Assembly (NCBI RefSeq): GCF_009914755.1
Contig: NC_060948.1
Source of the DNA: the human T2T-CHM13v2.0 reference genome, Homo sapiens
Length of the DNA stretch: 64,000 bases
Reading direction: 5' to 3' (one strand)
Part shown: positions 56,171-64,000 of the stretch, piece after piece
Position numbering within the stretch: the first letter of the stretch is position 1
Layout of the letters: each line of letters begins with the position of its first letter
Position numbers and translations under genes: made by a program
The notes under the pieces: generated by a model
What the model saw: the letters and a program-made list of their open reading frames with translations, nothing else
Databases searched by the model: none
What the model was told of the DNA's origin: nothing

Positions 56171-58062
56171 TTTCCCTGCTCAAGTCTAAGACCCAATTCT
56201 TTGGGATAATGAATGAAGGTCCATCTTCTGTAACTGCTTCCTGCTGACAGGGAGGCTGTGGTGGTTGTTCTGTGGGTCTTGGCCTCTTGCTAGCTGTCAG
56301 GGCAGGGTAGCTCTGTAAGTTGATGAAAGTGTTATCCAGCCAGGTCTAAGGGTGACAGAAGCATGATTTCACTTCTGTTCTGTTCTACTGATGGGCATCT
56401 AGGGATGCTCTGTAGAGGGTGACTCTCAAATGTTGAGGGTATGGTATCCCTTACTAAGGATCATCTGTAGCTTGATGGCCTGAAGACAAGAGGAGACAAA
56501 CTGGGTTAGTAGATTTAGAAGACACGAACCAAAAAGGAGCAAAAGTAGGAGACTAACAAGTGATATTAAAAAGGGAGGAACCCGGAAGAACCATTTTTAG
56601 GTTCTTTCACAATTTAGCCCTGAGTGGTTTGTTCCCGTAAATGGGAGTCTCAATTTATAAGTTGCCTGATATCTTGTATTTTTTTGATTGATTTACCCAA
56701 AGCAACATTTTTTATCTAAGGGTAAGGCTAAACAAATTCCTTGCTGCACTGTTATTAACATACCTAGTCCTCAGCTGCTTTGGAGTACTATGGATACTAA
56801 AGAGTCTATTTGTTCTTGTACAGCTGTTAAGGTTTTACCCATAGCACCAATATTGTTGGCTATATCTTTTTAAAGTTGGCTATATAGGTCAAAGAGGCTT
56901 GTGTGACTGTGGCAATTCCAGTGCCTGTACCAGTTGTAATGTCAAGTCCCACAGGAAGGGGAATTAATTGGTCAGTCCTCCTGACCCTGGGCAAGATGGA
57001 ATGCCCACAGATTGGTACTAGAAGAGAGAGATTGCCAAGGGCTATGAAGGTGTCCTGGGATACATAGCTTATGGTACAAGTTCCAGTCTAGTTAGTGGGG
57101 AGACATTAATGAAATGATTGGCCACAAATATAGAAAGGAAGGCTCCTCCGGTTTTAAGCCAAGTAGAGATGTCAAAATGAAATAAGGGAGTGAGGACAGC
57201 TCCATAAAATCCCAAGGTTGCTGACATCACCAGGTAGCTAGTGGCTAGCTATGCTTGCTAAGACTTGGATGCATGGAGTTTGGCTCTGACTAGTTTCCTT
57301 GGTTTTATTCTCCCCACTTCCCCCACCCGCCCCCCCCAAAAAAGTATTTTGAGTTAGGTCCGTAGAACATATTCTGTGGTAGAGCTGAGGTTGGCAGTTT
57401 GCAGACATTGGGTATAATCAGCAGGCTGTACCAGAAAGTTTGAGTACTGCATGGGCTTTGGCATTCCTGGAAAAAGTGGGTGAATTTGTCAGAAAATTTC
57501 CCTGAGAAAAAGTAATATTTGGAGGTTTGGGGAATCTTGATTATTGGCAGAATTGGTTGTGAGGGTATGTTTGGTAAGTCTGTTGTTTAAAGTCTACAGT
57601 AAAAGTAACATTACGCATGGTATTTGGAAGAGCATCTACATCTGTTCCATTTTTCTCTTTTTTTCCCATTTTTTCTCTTGGCCATAACACACATAAGAGC
57701 TATCCTCATTAAGGCAATATTAGTAAATATGCATCCAAAAATGGGAGGCTTCTTGAGGATATCAGGAATATCTTGCATTATTTTTGTAAGAAGGCTATTT
57801 GCAGAGCCAATCATTCCTTTCAGATTAGGGTCCCATTGATAGGAAATATGTAATTCTGCCTCTATGTTTGTCCAGTCTCTGGGTGAGGCTGGATAAGTTC
57901 TCACTGGTATTTCAGTTGAAGAGCTAGTACATAGCCAGCAATTAGTGGAGCAAGGGAATCCTGTGCTTTGGATTGCTGAGCTTTTTTCAATAATGGGAAA
58001 TCAGGATGATAGTGCACTATTAGTAAAGGGATGAAAATAAGAACAAGCAGGTGTGGGCCCAT
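56171..58062 (-). pseudogene. HERV-FRD env pseudogene (syncytin-2/ERVFRD-1 paralog)
   Basis: ATG 58062 in ACCATGG; MGPHLLVLIF..HPDFPLLKKAQQ; CWLC 57929-57940; YPASPRDWTNIEAELHISYQWDPNLKG..KPPIFG closely matches recalled syncytin-2 SU; furin RVRR 56977-56988; ISD LQSS*GLGML; multiple stops and frameshifts. Confidence 0.92.
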
Positions 58063-58229
58063 GGTGATCTAAGGTGGGATAAATTGGTCACAAAGAAAGC
58101 TGCCACTGGAACTCTTGATGGTGTACAAGTTACAGTTAGGGTAAAATAGTGATAACAATCACAGCAATTGTGAACAAAATTCCTAATATTGGGATCACCT
58201 TATTTTGAGGTGAAAGGATGTTGGTGGGA

Positions 58230-61200
58230 TTACTTATCTTTTTGTTTAAAAAGTAATTTCAGATCTTCCAGTGACTCACAAGTCTATTCTGGAGCTGAGG
58301 TTTCTAGTTCTGGCTCTGGTGTTTTGGGGATTTTTCATGACTTCACTTGAGTGTGATGTATATAGCTGGCAATCTCTGGTACTTTAATGGCTGTGGGGGT
58401 AGATAATAGAATAGTGAGAGAGCCCTTCCAGACTGGAGTTAGTTGGGAATTTTAGGTTCCATCCTTCTAAGCTTTAATGGTATCTGGTGAGCTTGGAGGA
58501 TATAGAAGTGGATATTTTTTCCCTTCAAATTTTGGGTTTGTTTGTAACCCATATTCCCAGAGAGCCTTTTGGAAGCTTGCTAAAGAAGAGGCATACCTGG
58601 GTGATTGTGGCAATTTCTTCACCTAGTAAGAAGTCAAAATATAGGAATGTCCTTTCATATGAGGCCTCAAAGGGGCTTAATTGCAAGGGAGCCTTAGGGG
58701 CAACACAGATCTGAGGAGGGCTAAGGATAAGAGGTACTGCCATGGCTGTGCAGTTTCCTGATAGAGTATATAGAGGATGCATTTGAAGGTTTGGTTAGTT
58801 CTTTCCACTTTTCCTGTAGATTGTGGCCTCCAGGCAGAGTGAAGGTACCACTTTATTCCTGGGGCACTACTAACTTGTTGAGCCACTTGGGAAATGAAGG
58901 AAGGACCACCGTTGCTCTGCAATAACCTGGGGAGCCTGAACTGGGAAATAAGTTCCTTTAGGAAAAATTTAGTAATCTTTTGTGCCTTGGTAGTCCTTGT
59001 GGGGCAGGTTTCTACCCATCCTAATGTAGGTGTCTACACAGACCAAGAGGTACTTATACTGCAGTGTGCAGGGAGCTGAGTGAAATTCATCTACCAGTCT
59101 GCCCAGGGTAGGCACTTCTCATTTGGACTGGACTTATTAATGGAGTGGGCTTCCCTCTCTGGGGATTATTTATGGTGCACAAGGTGCTTGACAAACCGTT
59201 GAATAGTTTTCTTTAGTCCCTTCCCACTGAACACCCCTTTACAAATTTTCCCTAGACTGTGTTTTCCAAAGTGGCCAAGTCTTGATGAATTTCCATTCAG
59301 AGGGTTTAGGTAGATGGAGAAGTTCTCCCAACCTGTACCATCCATTAATTTTCTTTTAGATACCCATGTTGTGTGGCCAAATCTATTTTTCTCCTTAGTG
59401 TATTAGAGAGTGGGAAGTTCATTGGGGAGTGAAGGGAGTAAGGCCCCCATGAGGGTATCTTTTGAGATAGCTACCTCTTTAGCTTTTTGGTCTACTGAAC
59501 TATTTCCCTGTGCAGTTTCATTAGAGCTTTTCTGGTGTCCTTTGTGGTGTACTACTGCCACCTCCTGTGGCAGATGAAGAGCCTCTAGTGGCTCTAAGAT
59601 TTGAGGCCTGTACTTAATAGAAGTATTCAGAGCTGTTAGGTATCCCTTTCCTCCTAGATAGCCTCATGGGTGTAAAGCACCAGATAGGTATATTTGGAAC
59701 CTGTGTAGATTCTCTTTCTTTCCCCTAGTTTTAGGGCTCTGATCAACATGATAAGTTTGGCTAGATGTGCTGAGGTCCCTGGGGAAAGAGCTTTAGCCTC
59801 TGTGACTTGGTGAAGGCACAGTATAGTGTACCCTGTATGTCTAGTTCCATTTCTGACAAAGCTATTCCCATCTGAAAACCATATTTCATACAGATTATCT
59901 ATTGGCTGATATTTTAAGTCTTCATGGCTGGCATAAACTTGGTTAAGTGTCTCACAACACAAATGTGTTGACTTATTGTCTCCTGGTAGTAAGGAGTAAG
60001 GAGGCTGGGTGAAGGGTGGAATACTACTCAACTGTTACCTGTGAGTTTTTTAACAACAAGACTTGGCACTTCAGCAATCTGTTGTCAGTGAGCCATCATG
60101 ACCCTTTTATGTCTAATAAGGTGCCTATTTGGTAGGAACTCAGGAGCCAAACTGACTGTCCCATGGTGAGTTTGAGGACTTCCTCAAGTAGAGGGCTGCT
60201 GCAGCCACTACTTTGAAGCAATGTGGCCAACCTTATGCTACTACGTCTAGGTTCTTTGAAAAGTAACCAACAGGACATTGTATTGGCCTGATGGTTTAAA
60301 TTAGAACCCCTTGAGTTAAACCTTGTTTTTCAGTGACAAAAGCCTAGTTTGGCTAGTATGGGTGGCCCATGGGCTGGGACATGTGACAGGGCAGTTTTTA
60401 GCTACCTAAAGGCTTGCTCCTGATCCTTTTCCCAGATAAGTGGGTCCCTATTAGACCCTTCTTTTAGATCCTGATTAAAGGATTTAGCAATACCACCATA
60501 CCCCAGTATTCAAAGCCTGCAAATCCTGTGATCCCCAGAAAGGCACAAAGTTGCTTTCAGGTGATTGGGATAGGTATTCTAAGGATGACCTGTATTTATT
60601 CTGGGAGAGCTTACATACTTTGGGGGTCAAGACTATCCCCAGGTTTTGGACATCTTGTCTTAGAAGCTGTGCCTTGGCCTTGGACACCTTGTACCCTCTG
60701 TCTGTGAGGAAATTTAGTGTCTGGACTAGATGTTGGATTCCCAACTCTCTTGTTGGGGAGCAGATTAACAGGTCTTCTACATACTGTAGGAGATGCCCTC
60801 CCCACTCAAGCATTAGATCCTGCAAAGCTCTAGTCAAGGCTTGCCCAAACAAATGGGAACTATCTCTAAAACCTTGTGAAAGCACTGTCCAGGTGAGCTA
60901 TTGACTCCTTCCTTTTTTATTTGTCCACTAAAATGCAAATAGAGTTTGGAAGAATGAGTCTAGGGGATACAAAAGAAAGTGTCTTTGAGGTCTAAGACTG
61001 AAAACCACTAAGCATCTGGAGGTACTTCTACAATTACTTAAGGGTTGGGGACCACTGGGTTTGTTGAGACTACCGCTTCATTTATAATTTGCAGATCCTG
61101 GACTAGCTTGTTTTCTCTCTTGCTCATTTTAACAGGTAAGATGGAAGTATTACAGTGTGAGTTACAGGGTATTAATAATCCATGTTTTAGAACTTTTTCA

Positions 61201-61730
61201 ATAAGGGGCTGAAGTCCCTCTTTGGCCTCTGTCTGAAGAGGAAGCTGACTTCTACAAGGGTAACTAGAAGGATTCTTGAGCTGAATTACTACATTATGAT
61301 CTTTTCTTGTATTCCTGAGGCCCCAACCTCTGGATTAATGGGAAGCTCCGTGGGTAGTTCATCTTTGTGTGTGGTTTCCTTGAGACATAAGATTGCATTT
61401 GAAAAAGGGGGTGTTGGCTCTGGAGGAAAGGTTAATGGAGCCCCTAGTCTGAACAAAATATCTCTGTTTAAAAGGAGCATAAGACATTCTGGCATCACTA
61501 AAAACAAATGAGAAAAGACAGTTTTCCCCCATGGCAGCACAGAGAACGAATAAACCTCTGGGTTATGGAAACCCCATTTACCCCCATCACCTGGCAGGAT
61601 TTGGAGGATAATTGCCTGGGAAAATAGGTAAGCTTATTGTCCTTCCTGCCACATTCAAAGAGCCCTTGGCTCCATTCCTTCAATAGTGATGTTCAATCCA
61701 GGAGCCAACTGGAGTGTAGGAAGGACCCCT
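58230..61730 (-). pseudogene. HERV-FRD pro-pol pseudogene
   Basis: RT LSQGFRDSSHLFGQAL..LLQYVEDLL (60484..60885); RNase H WFSDGNSF (59654..60031); integrase QSNGGPSF..WRPQSTGKVERTN (58677..58922); ends LEDLKLLFKQKDK-stop. Confidence 0.93.
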
Positions 61731-63196
61731 TCAGCTCAAAGCCATGAGGGGTTGCAATTCTGTCCTGGGCACCCTTCAGTCCTCAGGAAAGTCTCATTTC
61801 CAGTGGCTGAGCTTGTGATAGAGGGGACAAGCCATGCAGTTTATCCCACTGAGGAAGTTGGCCCTCCAGTGGGCTGGCTTCCGGCATTGATGGCAGTTAC
61901 CTGGAAGGATATTCTGAAGGCAACATGGAGGAGGCTGGCGGACTTGCAAGGCAGCCATCAGTTGGAGCTGCCACTTTTACTTTTGCCTCTCCCTTTCCTG
62001 AGAAAGTTCCTTTTCCTCCTGGTCCCAGTTGTAAAAGACAGAGAAAGCTATTTTGAGGATGTCAGGCATATGGGTGTTGGGTACTTGTCTTGGGAGTTTC
62101 CTCTGAATATCTGGAGCTTCCTGAGTTAGAAAATTGTTCTTTTGTACTAGTTGCCCTTCTGGTGGCTCTGGATCTAGGTTTGTATGTTTCATTAGGGCTC
62201 TTTGTAGCCTCTCTGGGAAAGCAGTGAGGTTTTCAAGAGGGTCTTGATCTATTAAGGACAATTTGCTTTAATTCACAGGCTTTCTTCTGCTAGCCTTCAT
62301 TCCCTCTATCAGACAGAGGAATAGTGGTTCTTTGTCCACATACTCCCATGGGTATTGTAATCCTAGTTGGCATCGACCTGGGGAACTGCAGTGATTCCCA
62401 CAGGGTAGCCACCAGGGTCAGTCATTTGCATCGTGTTTGCAAATTGCTGGGCTGCCTCCATAATGGAGTCACATTCTGCCTCTAGACAGAGGTTGCCCTA
62501 GTATGACTAATAGGTCCCTGCAGGTGAGTTCAAATGTTAATTCCAGTTTATGGAACGCTTTGATGTGTTTCTCAGAGTCCTCTATAAATCTCCCTTGTCC
62601 CATTTTAATTTGGCTCAGGTCCTGCATAGTGAATGGAGTCTGAACTCTAGTGGATCCACTGGGGCTGCAACCCTCCTGAAATGAGCATAACTTAAGGGAG
62701 TGGTGGCCAGAGGATAACCTTGGGTAGGGAGGGGAAGCCTCCAGGACTAGGAGACTTGGATATAATGCAGTAAAAGGGTCAGTGGCGTTTGAGCTAAGCT
62801 TTACACTTAGGTTTTATGGGGCTTGAACCCTGTGCAAACCCAATAAGGGGTCTCCCAAACCAATTGGAGGGGGCTCTCTGACTATGGCTGCTATCATCAC
62901 TGGATTTATTTTACAAACCTGATAAAGGTCAGGACAATTTCCTAGGGTCATGAAGGCCTGTATATAAGGAATATCTATTTTCCATGGGGTGGCAAAACAA
63001 ATCTAGTTGATGGACTGTATTAAAATTGTCCATTTTCCAGCTATGATTCCTGGTACCAGAGCTTGTATTCAACCCAGGCTATGTTACAGAAAAATATTAG
63101 CCTTTTCCTCTTTAGGGCTTGGTGGTCAAACTTTTCTCAGTTCTTTAGGATGCAACCAAGGGACGTGTCCTGTAGTACAGACACATGATTACCCAT
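61731..63196 (-). pseudogene. HERV-FRD gag pseudogene
   Basis: Start MGNHVS (myristoylation MGxxxS) at 63196; capsid remnant FLTQEAPDIQRKL (61977..62261); two decayed zinc knuckles (CHQCRKPAHWRANF, CPLYHKLSHWK*DF); ends LMALS-TGA. Confidence 0.88.
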
Positions 63197-64000
63197 CTGC
63201 GAAGAGAGAACAGAGGAGAAAAAAGAAAAAGAAATCATTCCCTCTTATTCTTCTACTATCTTTCCTGAACAAGGTGTCCCTCATTCATCCTGGGGGTTCC
63301 AGAATGAACTGGTCTCACTGGATACCCTTAAGCTTGGTCCCCTCTTGTCTTATGGAGGTGCAATTACCTACTTGAGAACAGAAAATATACCAGTGTGAAC
63401 ACGGGGCCCCCTATTCATCCTTGGGGTTCTGGAATGAACTGGACTTTTGCGGTACACCTAACCTTGCCTTCATCTTTGTTCTATGGTAATCTGTTTTGTG
63501 CCTGTAGCCCGGGATCAGCCTTCATCTACTTCATCTATGTCCTATGGGTACTTTGGTCTTTTGTGCCTGTGGCCTTGGGTCACCCTGTATTACTTGTCTG
63601 TATGACCTTATAATGACTCTCGTTTGGAGCATTCGGGAACAAAATGATTATCTCTTTTCTCATATTCCCATTTCCCATGTTCCTTAAGTAGATGAGAATC
63701 ATGTTTTTCAGCTAACTGCTGCAAGGGGACTGGACTTCCCTCCCTTCGAATATAACCTTGAAGGTTCTGATGCATATTGAGAAGGGCATGGAAATAAAGG
63801 AATGGAGGAAAATTTATATTCGGGGTTCCTTTTCCTCCTGGGATAACATGCAGAACAAATGCTTAAACGGACAGGACAATCCCTCTGCTAAAGAAAGAAG
63901 CAGGAGAAAACAAGAGGGAGACTCATGGAAAGCCTTTATATGTTCAAAAAAACAGTAACCCTTGGATTAGAGAGGGCAACTTTTATTTGCCTTCTTGATG
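63197..64000 (-). mobile_element. HERV-FRD 5' leader (5' LTR lies beyond the window)
   Basis: Contiguous upstream of gag; pyrimidine tract plus CAG immediately before the gag ATG; no LTR seen before the window end. Confidence 0.7.

Noticed and set aside
56171-58062. ERVFRD-1 (syncytin-2) gene itself
   Set aside because: Multiple stops, frameshifts and substitutions; the real gene has an intact ORF, so this is a paralog and no symbol is assigned.

Overview
Primate (human-like) AT-rich non-coding DNA made up mostly of transposable elements. I found no intact host protein-coding gene, tRNA/rRNA or CRISPR array, and almost every ORF in the track is a by-product of repeats. Main structures: (1) a ~780-bp TA/CA tandem repeat; (2) old LTRs (MER74, MER39, MLT2A, LTR19 fused to a gag-end/protease fragment); (3) an ~18.6-kb nested block in which a full-length L1MA1/L1PB-type LINE hosts two complete THE1 MaLR proviruses and a full-length L1PA14/15-type LINE; (4) a very decayed Ty3/Gypsy gag-pol fossil at ~48.5-51.6 kb, recognisable only from ordered motif remnants; (5) a minus-strand MER50/HERV-FRD provirus (55.4 kb to the window end) with gag, pro-pol and a broken env paralogous to syncytin-2, which seems to keep a longer cytoplasmic tail than syncytin-2. 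Family names come from recalled consensus sequences, not a database search, so subfamily calls and old-repeat boundaries are approximate. I see no convincing new functional system; the best leads are the syncytin-2 paralog, the Gypsy fossil and a set of DUX4 motifs in LTRs.
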